Below the pieces are notes generated by a model. That model did not search any database and was not told the origin of the DNA. It saw only the letters and a list, made by a program, of their open reading frames with translations. Positions 15,001-28,800 of a DNA stretch of 64,000 nucleotides are shown here, piece by piece. Where the stretch lies: contig JAUCBJ010006329.1 of NCBI GenBank assembly GCA_032718475.1, forward strand, positions 1 to 64,000. Direction: 5' to 3'. This stretch comes from Nemertoderma westbladi. Its lineage: Eukaryota; Animalia; Xenacoelomorpha. The position numbers were made by a program, and so were the translations under genes. The first letter of the stretch is position 1, and the number at the start of each line of letters is the position of its first letter.

Positions 15001-16072
15001 TGTTCCGACGCAATCAAAATTCATCCATCTCCTGGGGAAAGACGAAGCAAATAACAGCTGATTACTTCTATAAAGGAAAGTGTTACCTGCTCTTATGACT
15101 TTCGTTTAAGATTCTCTATCTCGTGGAGTGGATTATAAGTTATAAATATGAAAATCGATGTGGTTTTTGAAAAAAATCAGAGGATATTTTGATAAATTAT
15201 TGCTGAAAAACCCCAAGGATTTTGACATGGCTTTAATACTCATTATATTCATGAAATAGCTGAGATATTTGAGGTGAATTATTGCGTTACATATTAACTT
15301 TGGCTCCAGCCCCTTTGGCAATACGATGAAACTATAATAAATATTCTAGAACACAACAATATTAACAGGGAGATAGGCTACTTATCTCTTCACTCTGAGA
15401 GCCTCAAAAACGGGGTGTTCCTACGCAATCAAATTTCATCCATCTCCAGGGGAAAGACGAAGCAAATAACAGCTGATTACTTCTATAAATGTAAGTGTTA
15501 CCTGTTCTTTTGACATTCATTTAAGATTCACTATCTCATGGAGTGGGTTAGAAGTTATAAATATAAAAATCGATGTGGTTTTTGAAAAAAATCAAAGGAT
15601 ATTTTGATTAATTATTGCTGAAAAACCCCAAGGATTTTGACATGGCTTTAATACTCATTATATTCATGAAATAGCTGAGATATTTGAGGTGAATTATTGT
15701 ATCACATATTAACTTCGGCTCCAGGCGCTTTGGCAATACGATGAAACTATAATATATATTCTAGAACACAACAATACTAACAGGGAGATAGGCTACTTAT
15801 CTCTTCACTATGAGAGCCTCAAAAAGGGGGTGTTCCGACGCAATCAAAATTCATCCATCTCCAGGGGAAAGACGAAGCAAATAATAGCTGATTACTTCTA
15901 TAAATGTAAGTGTTGTGTTACCTGTTCTTTTGACTTTCATTTAAGATTCTTTATCTTGTGGAGTGGGTTAGAAGTCATGAATAAGAAAATCGATTTCGTT
16001 TTTTGTAAAAAATCTGAGGATATTTTGATAAATTATTGCTGAAAAACCCAAAGGATTTTGACATGGCTTTAA
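1..16072 (+). repeat. ~416-bp satellite DNA tandem array, segment 1
   Basis: Anchor CTAGAACACAACAATATTAACAGGGAGATAGG recurs at 11, 429, 845, 1262, 1678 (period 416-418). AT-rich with A/T tracts; runs off the left edge. Confidence 0.97.
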
Positions 16073-17162
16073 CCCTATTAGCACTGGGGGGGGGGCCGAA
16101 TCGGTCCTTTCCTAGTTTTTAGTTGCTGTAACTATGCAACCACATTACGTACCGGCCCAATTTTTTGTGAGAATTAGCCAAATTTAATGCCGCATCTTTT
16201 GCAAAAAACGCCGTTGCAATTGGATTTCTACTTTTCGATGTGGGTGCCACCTCAAAATTTGGTCTCCAGCACCACATTTTTTGAAATTTTCGAATTTTAC
16301 AAAGTCATTCGTGATTTAGTAATTATTTATGTTTGGGCTATTTTTATTTATTTTTTTGGTTTGAATCACTCTAATGTTCTATACAAGTATGTAAGTGTAG
16401 TGGTTCGCCATTTTTGGTGCACCAAAATTAGGGCGTGGCACTTCAAATTTTGAAAAATACGAGATTCGGAAAACACACTAAAGTTTTGATTTTCAAAGCA
16501 TTTTTATAGGTTTTCTGGAGCGCTGAATCGATTGAAAGTAATATAGAAGCCTGAAGACTTAGTGGTTCGCCATTTTTGGTGCACCAAAATTAGGGCGTGG
16601 CACTTCAAATTTTCAAAATTACTTTATTCGGAAAAAACACTAAAGTTTTGATTTCAAAAAATGGCTAACTTCTAAGTCTTCAGGCTTCTATATTACTTTC
16701 AATCGATTCAGCGGTCTGGAAAACCTATATAAATTCGTTAAAATTTCAATTTTGGTTTATTTTCCGAATCTCGTATTTTTCAAAATTTGAAGTGCCACGC
16801 CCACTTCTTAGGTGCACGAAAAATAGCATCCACTTCAATTTTTGGAAGTGGAATATAATCACATTCGATTCAGCGTCTTGAAAAACCTACTAAATCTAGC
16901 CAACACTGCCACACTATTAGTTTTTAGAAAACGAAAAATTTTGTAATTTTGTCCTGGGACTACTTTTATTTTTCATCAAAATTATGAGACCCTGCTTATG
17001 AAATTTTAATTTTTTAAGGTTTGGTAGTGTTCATCTATAGTTGTTTCACCAACAGCCCAAATTTTGTAGGATTTCATTGGACGACTACAAAAATATAGTG
17101 GGTGGGCCGAATCGGCCCCCCCCAGTGGTGCTAATGGTCAAAACACCCCAGTGGTAATAGGG
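16073..17162. mobile_element. Non-autonomous piggyBac-like element (MITE family 1), 1090 bp
   Basis: TTAA on both sides (16069-16072, 17163-17166). Termini CCCTATTAGCACTGGGG / CCCCAGTGGTAATAGGG form a 17-bp inverted repeat with 1 mismatch. Subterminal palindrome GGGCCGAATCGG(T/C)CC at both ends. No transposase ORF. Satellite resumes in register; empty paralogous site at 2403-2406. Confidence 0.92.
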
Positions 17163-18288
17163 TTAATACTCATTATATTCATGAAATAGCTGAGATATTT
17201 GAGGTGAATTATTGCGTTACATATTAACTTTGGCTCCAGCCGCTTTGGCAATACGATGAAACTATAATAAAAATTCTAGATCACAACAATATTAACAGGG
17301 AGATAGGCTACTTATCTCTTCACTCTGAGAGCCTCAAAAACGGGGTGTTCCTACGCAATCAAATTTCATCCATCTCCAGGGGAAAGACGAAGCAAATAAC
17401 AGCTGATTACTTCTATAAAGGAAAGTGTTACCTGTTCTTATGACTTTCGTTTAAGATTCTCTATCTCGTGGAGTGGATTAGAAGTGATAAATATGAAAAT
17501 CGATGTGGTTTTTGAAAAAAATCAGAGGATATTTTGATAAATTATTGCTGAAAAACCCCAAGCATTTTGACATGGATTTAATACTTCATTATATTCATGA
17601 AATAGCTGAGATATTTGAGGTGAATTATTGTATCACATATTAACTTCGGCTCCAGGCGCTTTGGCAATACGATGAAACTATAATATATATTCTAGAACAC
17701 AACAATATTAACAGGGAGATAGGCTACTTATCTCTTCACTCTGAGAGCCTCAAAAAGGGGGTGTTCCGATGCAATCAAAATTCTTCCATCTCCAGGGGAA
17801 AGACGAAGCAAATAACAGCTGATTACTTCTATAAATGTAAGTGTTACCAGTTCTTTTGACTTTCATTTAAGATTCTTTATCTTGTGGAGTGGGTTAGAAG
17901 TCATGAATAAGAAAATCGATTTCGTTTTTTGTAAAAAATCTGAGGATATTTTGATAAATTATTGCTGAAAAACCCCAAGGATTTTGACATGGCTTTGATA
18001 CTTCATTATTTTTCATGAAAATCTGAGATATTTGAGGTGAATTATTGCATTACATAATAACTTTAACTGCAGCCACATTAGCAATACGATGAAACTATAA
18101 TAAATATTCTAGAACACAACCATATTAACAGGGACATAGGCTACTTATCTCTCCACTCTGAGAGCCTGAAAAAAGGGGGTGTTCCGACGCTATCAAAATT
18201 AATCCATCTCCTGGGGAAAGACGAAGCAAAGAACAGCTGATTACTTCTATAAATGAAAGTGTTACCTGCTCCTTTGACTTTCATTTAA
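17163..18288 (+). repeat. ~416-bp satellite, segment 2
   Basis: Same monomer sequence between the two MITEs. Confidence 0.95.
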
Positions 18289-19843
18289 CCCTATTAGTAC
18301 CGGGCTATAAAATGTTGTACAAATACCGGGGGGGGGGGGTCATATTGACCCCCCCCCTCTAAAATCTACAAATATTTACGAAAACGTTCGATTTTTTGTT
18401 TGTACGTAGGTATCACTTGTCTGGATCCGACCGAAAAAAAAAATTTTCGAAAAAATGTACTGGGGTGGTTATATTGCAGCACCAAAATTACAAGTAGTGC
18501 ACAATTTTCACCAAATTTGAAAGTTACATTTTCGGCTAATTATTTTTCAATACAGGTTTTCTGGGGTGCAAAATACATTGGAAAATATTAAAAAATGATA
18601 TGATTAATATAAATGGCTGTTTAGTCCTCTCTGCGTAGGAAAAAAATGAAAAAAACAAGTAACCAGCACTTTTCAGTTAGAACACAAAATTTTTAATTAA
18701 CTTATACGATGCTATAAATTCACATTTTCAGGTTTTCGAGGGCGCTGATTCTAATGGAATACATTTCTAATATGCCAGATCATTGCTACTTGTATTTTTC
18801 GACGTAATTTGGCAAATTTTGGTGCTAGCACCAAATTTCGTACCCATCACCAAAAAGTACAAGTTTGCGATGTCCAGTTCTGTTTTTATTGATTCCATCG
18901 GATTCAGGACCCTCATAAACCCGTATAACGCAAGATACAAGGTGATACTATCTACTTATCAATTTGCATATTTTCCAAAATTTGGTGCTGGCACAACAAT
19001 TTTCACCCACCGGCGAAAAATACAAGTTTGAGAACTCTTATGAAATTTTTACTGATTCCATTGAATTCAGAACCATCACAAACCCGTATAACGCAAGAAA
19101 CAAGGTGACACAATTAATTGATATATTTGATGGTTTTCAAAATTTGGTGCTAGCACCACATTTTGCACCCACATCCGAAAAATACAAGTTTTAGATGTCT
19201 AGTTCGATAATTATATTTTCCATTGAATTCAGAACAGCCATAAACCTCTAAAACGCAAGAAATAAATTGTCACAAGCAATTTTATCTATTGATTGGATTT
19301 TAAAAATTTCGTGCTAGCACCAAAATTTGCACACAGCACCGAAAAATACAAGTTTGATATGTTTGGTGCAACTCATATATATTTCATCGAATCCAGAAAC
19401 CCAAAAAACCCCAATAGCGTAAAAAACAAGTTTCAAACGATCAATTTACAAAATTGACTTATTTCAAAATTTGGTGCTGGCACCAAAATTTGGCACCCAC
19501 CGAAAAAAACAAGTTTAAAATTTCTAAATCAATTTATATGAATTCCATCAAATTTCTAACACCAAAAAACCGGTGTAAATCAAAAATAGAGATGTTACAA
19601 TTCATATTTAATGAAATGTAATTTTCAAAAAACGTCTCAAAAAAAGTGCCAAAAGTAGGGTTAAAAAATGGTGCTATAACTAGAAAAGTACCGAATATTT
19701 TTGAAAACGGTTTTCACTACTAGAAAGACAATAGATTTTTAGGAAAAGTCATAAAATTTCAGATTCCCAACTGCGCTTGTTTCAGAATTATAATAAAAAA
19801 ACCACGGGAGGGGTCATATTGACCCCCCCCGGGTTTAATAGGG
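18289..19843 (+). mobile_element. Non-autonomous piggyBac-like element (MITE family 2), copy A, 1555 bp
   Basis: TTAA at 18285-18288 and 19844-19847. Ends CCCTATTAGTACCGGG / CCCGGGTTTAATAGGG. Subterminal palindrome GGGGTCATATTGACCCC at both ends with asymmetric spacing, as in piggyBac. Empty paralogous site at 38658-38661. Strand is arbitrary. Confidence 0.93.
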
Positions 19844-22800
19844 TTAAGATTCTTTATCTTTTGGAGTGGGTTAGAAGTCATGAATATGAAAAACGATATC
19901 ATTTTTTGTAAAAAATCTGAGGATATTTTGATAAATTATTGGTGAAAAACCCCAAGGATTTTGACATGGCTTTAATACTTCATTATGTTCATTAAAAAAC
20001 TGAGATATTTGAGGTGAATTATTGCATTACATAATAACTTTAACTCCAGCCACTTTAGGAATACGATGAAACTATAATAAATATTCTAGAACACAACAAT
20101 ATTAACATGGAGATAGGCTATTTATCTCTCCACTCAGACAGCCACAGATAGGGAGGGGTGTTTTGACACAATCAAAATTCAACCATCTCCAGGGGAAAGA
20201 CGAAGCAAATAACAGCTGATTACTTCTATAAAGGAAAGTGTTACCTGTTCTTATGACTTTCGTTTAAGATTCTCTATCTCATGGAGTGGATTAGAAGTGA
20301 TAAATATGAAAATCGATGTGGTTTTTTAAAAAAATCAGAGGATATTTTGATAAATTATTGCTGAAAAACCCCAAGGATTTTGACATGGCTTTATACTCAT
20401 TATATTCATGAAATAGCTGAGATATTTGAGGTGAATTATTGCGCTACATATTAACTTTGGCTCCAGCCGCTTTGGCAATACGATGAAACTATACTAAATA
20501 TTCTAGAACACAACAATATTAACATGGAGATAGGCTATTTATCTCTCCACTCAGACAGCCACAGATAGGGAGGGGTGTTTTGACACAATCAAAATTCAAC
20601 CATCTCCAGGGGAAAGACGAAGCAAATAACAGCTGATTACTTCTATAAAGGAAAGTGTTACCTGTTCTTATGACTTTCGTTTAAGATTCTCTATCTCGTG
20701 GAGTGGATTAGAAGTGATAAATATGAAAATCGATGTGGTTTTTGAAAAAAATCAGAGGATATTTTGATAAATTATTGCTGAAAAACCCCAAGGATTTTGA
20801 CATGGCTTTAATACTCATTATATTCATGAAATAGCTGAGATATTTGAGGTGAATTATTGCGTTACATATTAACTTTGGCTCCAGCCGCTTTGGCAATACG
20901 ATGAAACTATACTAAATATTCTAGAACACAACAATATTAACATGGAGATAGGCTATTTATCTCTCCACTCAGACAGCCACAGATAGGGAGGGGTGTTTTG
21001 ACACAATCAAAATTCAACCATCTCCAGGGGAAAGACGAAGCAAATAACAGCTGATTCCTTCTATAAAGGAAAGTGTTACCTGTTCTTATGACTTTCGTTT
21101 AAGATTCTCTATCTCGTGGAGTGGATTAGAAGTGATAAATATGAAAATCGATGTGGTTTTTGAAAAAAATCAGAGGATATTTTGATAAATTATTGCTGAA
21201 AAACCCCAAGGATTTTGACATGGCTTTAATACTTCATTATATTCATGAAATAGCTGAGATATTTTAGGTGAATTATTGTATCACATATTAACTTCGGCTC
21301 CAGGCGCTTTGGCAATACGATGAAACTATAATATATATTCTAGAACACAACAATACTAACAGGGAGATAGGCTACTTATCTCTTCACTATGAGAGCCTCA
21401 AAAAGGGGGTGTTCCGACGCAATCAAAATTCATCCATCTCCAGGGGAAAGACGAAGCAAATAATAGCTGATTACTTCTATAAATGTAAGTGTTGTGTTAC
21501 CTGTTCTTTTGACTTTCATTTAAGATTCTTTATCTTGTGGAGTGGGTTAGAAGTCATGAATAAGAAAATCGATTTCGTTTTTTGTAAAAAATCTGAGGAT
21601 ATTTTGATAAATTATTGTTGAAAAACCCAAAGGATTTTGACATGGCTTTAATACTCATTATATTCATGAAATAGCTGAGATATTTGAGGTGAATTATTGC
21701 GTTACATATTAACTTTGGCTCCAGCCGCTTTGGCAATACGATGAAACTATAATAAAAATTCTAGATCACAACAATATTAACAGGGAGATAGGCTACTTAT
21801 CTCTTCACTCTGAGAGCCTCAAAAACGGGGTGTTCCTACGCAATCAAATTTCATCCATCTCCAGGGGAAAGACGAAGCCAATAACAGCTGATTACTTCTA
21901 TAAATGTAAGTGCTACCTGTTCTTTTGACTTTTATTTAAGATTCTGTATCTTTTGGAGTGGGTTAGAAGTCATGAATATGAAGAACGATGTCGTTTTTTG
22001 TAAAAAATCTGAGGATATTTTGATAAATTATTGCTGAAAAACCCCAAGGATTTTGACATGGCTTTAATACTTCATTATGTTCATGAAATAGCTGAGAAAT
22101 TTGAGGTGAGTTTTTGTATTACATATTAACTTCGGCTCCAGCCGCTTTGGCAATACGATGAAACTATAATAAATATTCTAGAACACAACAATATTAACAG
22201 GGAGATAGGCTACTTATCTCTTCACTCTGAGAGCCTCAAAAACGGGGTGTTCCGACGCAATCAAATTTAATACATCTCCAGGGGAAAGACGAAGCAAAGA
22301 ACAGCTGATTACTTCTATAAATGTAAGTGTTACCTGTTCTTTTGACTTTCATTTAAGATTCGCAACCTCATGGAGTGGGTTAGAAGTTATAAATATGAAG
22401 ATCGATGTGGTTTTTGAAAAAAATCAAAGGATATTTTGATTAATTATTGCTGAAAAACACCAAGGATTTTGACATGGCTTTAATACTTCATTATGTTAAT
22501 GAAATAGCTGATAAATTTGAGGTGAATTGTTGCATTATATATTAACTTCAGCTCCAGTCTCTTTGGCAATACGATGAAACTATAATAAATATTCTAGAAC
22601 ACAACAATATTAACAGGGAGATAGGCTACTTATCTCTTCACTCTGAGAGCCTCAAAAACGGGGTGTTCCTACGCAATCAAATTTCATCCATCTCCAGGGG
22701 AAAGACGAAGCAAATAACAGCTGATTACTTCTATAAATGTAAGTGTTACCTGTTCTTTTGACATTCATTTAAGATTCACTATCTCATGGAGTGGGTTAGA

Positions 22801-25800
22801 AGTTATAAATATAAAAATCGATGTGGTTTTTGAAAAAAATCAAAGGATATTTTGATTAATTATTGCTGAAAAACACCAAGATTTTGACATGGCTTTAATA
22901 CTTCATTATGTTCATGAAATATCTGAGATATTTGAGGTGAATTATTGTATTACATATTAACTTTGGCTCCAGCCGCTTTGGCAATACGATGAAACTATAA
23001 TAAATATTCTAGAACACAACAATATTAACAGGGAGATAGGCTACTTATCTCTTCAATCTGAGAGCCTCAAAAAGGGGGGTGTTCCGACGCAATCAAAATT
23101 CATCCATCTCCAGGGGAAAGACGAAGCAAATAACAGCTGATTACTTCTATAAAGGAAAGTGTTACCTGTTCTTATGACTTTCGTTTAAGATTCTCTATCT
23201 CGTGGAGTGGATTAGAAGTGATAAATATGAAAATCGATGTGGTTTTTGAAAAAAATTTGAGGATATTTTGATAAATTATTGCTGAAAAACCCCAAGGATT
23301 TTGACATGGCTTTAATACTCATTATATTCATGAAATAGCTAAGATATTTGAGGTGAATTATTGCATTACATATTAACTTTGGCTCCAGCCGCTTTGGCAA
23401 TACGATGAAACAATAATAAATATTCTAGAACACAACAATATTAACAGGGAGATAGGCTACTTATCTCTTCACTCTGAGAGCCTCAAAGAGGGGGTGTTCC
23501 GACGCAATCAAAATTCATCCATATCCAGGGGAAAGACGAAGCAAATAACAGCTGATTACTTCTATAAATGTAAGTGTTACCAGTTCTTTTGAGGTGAATT
23601 AATGCATTACATAATAACTTTAACTCCAGCCACTTTAGCAATACGATGAAACTATAATAAATATTCTAGAACACAACAATATTAACATGGAGATAGGCTA
23701 TTTATCTCTCCACTCAGACAGCCACAGATAGGGAGGGGTGTTTTGACACAATCAAAATTCAAACATCTCCAGGGGAAGACGAAGCAATTAATAGCTGATA
23801 ACTTCTATAAATGTAAGTGTTACCTGTTCTTTAGACTTTCGTTTAAGATTGTCGATCTCTTGGATTGGGTTAGAAGTCATGAATATGATAATCGATGTCG
23901 TATTTAGTAAAAAATCAGAGGAGATTTTAATAAATTATTGCTGAAAAACACCAAGGATTTTGACAAGGATTTAATACTCATTATATTCATGAAATAGCAG
24001 AGATATTTGAGGTGAATTATTGCATTACATATTAACTTTGGCTCCAGCCGCTTTGGCAATACGATGAAACTATAATAAATATTCTAGAACACAACAATAT
24101 TAACAGGGAGATAGGCTACTCATCTCTTCACTCTGACATCCTCAAAAAGGGGGTGTTCCGACGCAATCAAAATTAATCCATCTCCAGGGGAAAGACGAAG
24201 CAAAGAATAGCTGATTACTTCTATAAATGTAAGTGTTACCTGTTCTTTAGACTTTCGTTTAAGATTGTCGATCTCTTGGATTGGGTTAGAAGTCATGAAT
24301 ATGATAATCGATGTCGTTTTTAGTATAAAATCAGAGGAGATTTTTATAAATTATTGCTGAAAAACACCAAGGATTTTGACAAGGATTTAATACTCATTAT
24401 ATTCATGAAATAGCAGAGATATTTGAGGTGAATTATTGCATTACATATTAACTTTGGCTCCAGCCGCTTTGGCAATACGATGAAACTATAATAAATATTC
24501 TAGAACACAACAATATTAACAGGGAGATAGGCTACTCATCTCTTCACTCTGACAGCCTCAAAAAGAGGGTGTACCGACGCAATCAAAATTCATCCATCTC
24601 CAGGGGAAAGACGAAGCAAATAACAGCTGATTACTTCTATAAATGTAAGTGTTACCTGTTCTTTTGACTTTCATTTAAGATTCGCTATCTCATTGAGTGG
24701 GTTAGAAGTTATAAATATAAAAATCGATGTGGTTTTTGAAAAAAATCAAAGGATATTTTGATTAATTATTGCTGAAAAACCCCAAGGATTATGACATGGC
24801 TTTAATACTTCATTATGTTCATGAAAAAACTGAGATATTTGAGGTGAGTTATTGTATTACATATTAACTTCGGCTCCAGCCGCTTTGGTAATACGATTAA
24901 ACTATAATAAATATTCTAGAACACAACAATATTAACAGGGAGATAGGCTACTTATCTCTTCACTCTGAGAGCCTCAAGAACGGGGTGTTCCGACGCAATC
25001 AAATTTCATTCATCTCCATGGGAAAGACGAAGCAAAGAACAGCTGATTACTTCTATAAATGTAAGTGTTACCTGTTCTTTTGACTTTCATTTAAGATTCG
25101 CTATCTCATAGAGTGGGTTAGAAGTTATAAATATGAAAATCGTTGTGGTTTTTGAAAAAAATCTGAGGATATTTTGATAAATTATTGGTAAAAAACACCA
25201 AGGATTTTGACATGGCTTTAATACTTCATTATGTTCATGAAATAGCTGAGATATTTGAGGTGAATTATTGCATTACTTAATAACTTTAACAGCAGCCACA
25301 TTAGCAATACAATGAAACTATAATAAATATTCTAGAACACAACAATATTAACAGGGAGATAGGCTACTTATCTCTCCACTCTGAGAGCATCAAAAAGGGG
25401 GTGTTCCTACGCTATCAAAATTCATCCATCTCCTGGGGAAAGACGAAGCAAAGAACAGCTGATTACTTCTATAAATGAAAGTGTTACCTGCTCCTTTGAC
25501 TTTCATTTAAGATTCTTTATCTTTTGGAGTGGGTTAGAAGTCATGAATATGAAAAACGATGTCGTTTTTTGTAAAAAATCTGAGGATATTTTGATAAATT
25601 ATTGCTGAAAAACCCCAAGAACATGGCTTTAATACTTCATTATGTTCATGAAAAAACTGAAATATTTGAGGTGAATTATTGCATTACATAATAACTTTAA
25701 CTGCAGCCACATTAGCAATACGATGAAACTATAATAAATATTCTAGAACACAACAATATTAACAGGGAGATAGGCTACTTATCTCTCCACTGTGAGAGCC

Positions 25801-28800
25801 TCAAAAAGGGGGTGTTCCGACGCTATCAAAATTCATCCATCTCCTGGGGAAAGACGAAGCAAAGAACAGCTGATTACTTCTATAAATGAAAGTGTTACCT
25901 GCTCCTTTGACTTTCATTTAAGATTCTTTATCTTTTGGAGTGGGTTAGAAGTCATGAATATGAAAAACGATGTCGTTTTTTGTAAAAAATCTGAGGATAT
26001 TTTGATAAATTATTGCTGAAAAAAACCAAGGATTTTGACATGGCTTTAATACTTCATTATGTTCATGAAAAAACTGAGATATTTGAGGTGAATTATTGCA
26101 TTACATAATAACTTTAACTCCAGCCACTTTAGCAATACGATGAAACTATACTAAATATTCTAGAACACAACAATATTAACATGGAGATAGGCTATTTATC
26201 TCTCCACTCAGACAGCCACAGATAGGGAGGCGTGTTTTGACACAATCAAAATTCAACCATCTCCAGGGGAAGACGAAGCAAATAACAGCTGATAACTTCT
26301 ATAAATGTAAGTGTTACCTGTTTTTTGACTTTCGTTTAAGATTCTTTATCTTGTGGACTGGGATAGAAGTCATGAATATGAAAATCGATGTCGTTTTTTG
26401 TAAAAAATCGGAGGAGATTTTGATAAATTATTTTGACATGGCTTTAATACTTCATTATGTTCATGAAAAAACTGAGATATTTGAGGTGAATTCTTGCATT
26501 ACATAATAACTTTAACTCCAGCCACTTTAGCAATACGATGAAACTATACTAAATATTGTAGAACACAACAATATTAACAGGGAGATAGGCTACTTATCTC
26601 TTCACTCTGAGAGCCTCAAGAACGGGGTGTTCCGACGCAATCAAATTTCATTCATCTCCATGGGAAAGAAGAAGCAAAGAACAGCTGATTACTTCTATAA
26701 ATGTAAGTGTTACCTGTTCTTTTGACTTTCATTTAAGATTCGCTATCTCATAGAGTGGGTTAGAAGTTATAAATATGAAAATCGTTGTGGTTTTTGAAAA
26801 AAATCAAAGGATATTTTGATTAATTATTGCTGAAAAACACCAAGGATTTTGACATGGCTTTAATACTTCATTATGTTCATGAAAAAACTGAGATATTTGA
26901 GGATTATTAAACTATAATAAATATTCTAGAACACAACAATATTAACAGGGAGATAGGCTACTTATCTCCTTCACTCTGAGAGCCTCAATAACGGGGTGTT
27001 CCGACGCAATCAAATTTCATTCATCTCCATGGGAAAGACGATGCAAAGAACAGCTGATTACTTCTATAAATGTAAGTGTTACCTGTTCTTTTGACTTTCA
27101 TTTAAGATTCGCTATCTCATAGAGTGGGTTAGAAGTTATAAATATGAAAATCGTTGTGGTTTTTGAAAAAAATCAAAGGATATTTTGATTAATTATTGCT
27201 GAAAAACACCAAGGATTTTGACATGGCTTTAATACTTCATTATGTTCATGAAATAGCTGAGATATTTGAGGTGAATTATTGCGTTACATATTAACTTTGG
27301 CTCCAGCCGCTTTGGCAATACGATGAAACTATAATAAAAATTCTAGACCACAACAATATTAACAGGGAGATAAGCTACTTATCTCTTCACTATGAGAGCC
27401 TCAAAAAGGGGGTGTTCCGACGCAATCAAAATTCATCCATCTCCAGGGGAAAGACGAAGCAAAGAATAGCTGATTACTTCTATAAATGTAAGTGTTACCT
27501 GTTCTTATGACTTTCGTTTAAGATTCTCTATCTTGTGGAGTGGGTTAGAAGTTATAAATATGAAAATCGATGTGGTTTTTGAAAAAAATCAGAGGATATT
27601 TTGATTAATTATAGCTGAAAAACCCCAAGGATTTTGACATGGCTTTAATACTCATTATATTCATGAAATAGCTGAGATATTTGAGGTGAATTATTGCGTT
27701 ACATATTAACTTTGGCTCCAGCCGCTTTGGCAATACGATGAAACTATAATAAAAATTCTAGACCACAACAATATTAACAGGGAGATAGGCTACTTATCTC
27801 TTCATTCTGAGAGCCTCAAAAAGGGGGTGTTCCGACTCAATCAAAATTCATCCATCTCCTGGGGAAAGACGAAGCAAATAACAGCTGATTACTTCTATAA
27901 AGGAAAGTGTTACCTGTTCTTATGACTTTCGTTTAAGATTATCTATCTCGTGGAGTGGATTATAAGTTATAAATATGAAAATCGATGTGGTTTTTGAAAA
28001 AAATCAGAGGATATTTTGATAAATTATTGCTGAAAAACCCCAAGGATTTTGACATGGCTTTAATACTCATTATATTCATGAAATAGCTGAGATATTTGAG
28101 GTGAATTATTGCATTACATATCAACTTTGGCTCCAGCCGCTTTGGCAATACGATGAAACTATAATAAATATACTAGAACACAACAATATTAACAGGGAGA
28201 TAGGCTACTTATCTCTCCACTCTGAGAGCCTCAAAAAGGGGGTGTTCCGATGCAATCAAAATTCATCCATCTCCAGGGGAAAGACGAAGCAAAGAATAGC
28301 TGATTACTTCTATAAATGTAAGTGTTACCTGTTCTTTTGACTTTCATTTAAGATTGTTTATCTTGTGGAGTGGGTTAGAAATCATGAATATGAAAATCGA
28401 TGTCGTTTTTTGTAAAAAATCTGAGGATATTTTGATAAATTATTGCTGAAAAACCCCAAGGATTTTGACATAGCTTTAATACTCATTATATTCATGAAAT
28501 AGCTGAGATATTTGAGGTGAATTATTGCGTTACATATTAACTTTGGCTCCAGCCGCTTTGGCAATACGATGAAACTATAATAAATATACTAAAACACAAC
28601 AATATTAACAGGGTGATAGGCTACTTATCTCTCCACTCTGAGAGCCTCAAAAAGGGGGTGTTCCGACGCAATCAAAATTCATCCATCTCCAGGGGAAAGA
28701 CGAAGCAAAGAATAGCTAATTACTTCTATAAATGTAAGTGTTACCTGTTCTTTTGACTTTCATTTAAGATTGTTTATCTTGTGGAGTGGGTTAGAAATCA

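Noticed and set aside
16187-19194. ORFs inside the MITEs (also 57518-58452 and 62654-63958) as transposase remnants
   Set aside because: Short, AT-rich and derived from the 162-bp subrepeats; no DDD or Cys-rich piggyBac motifs.
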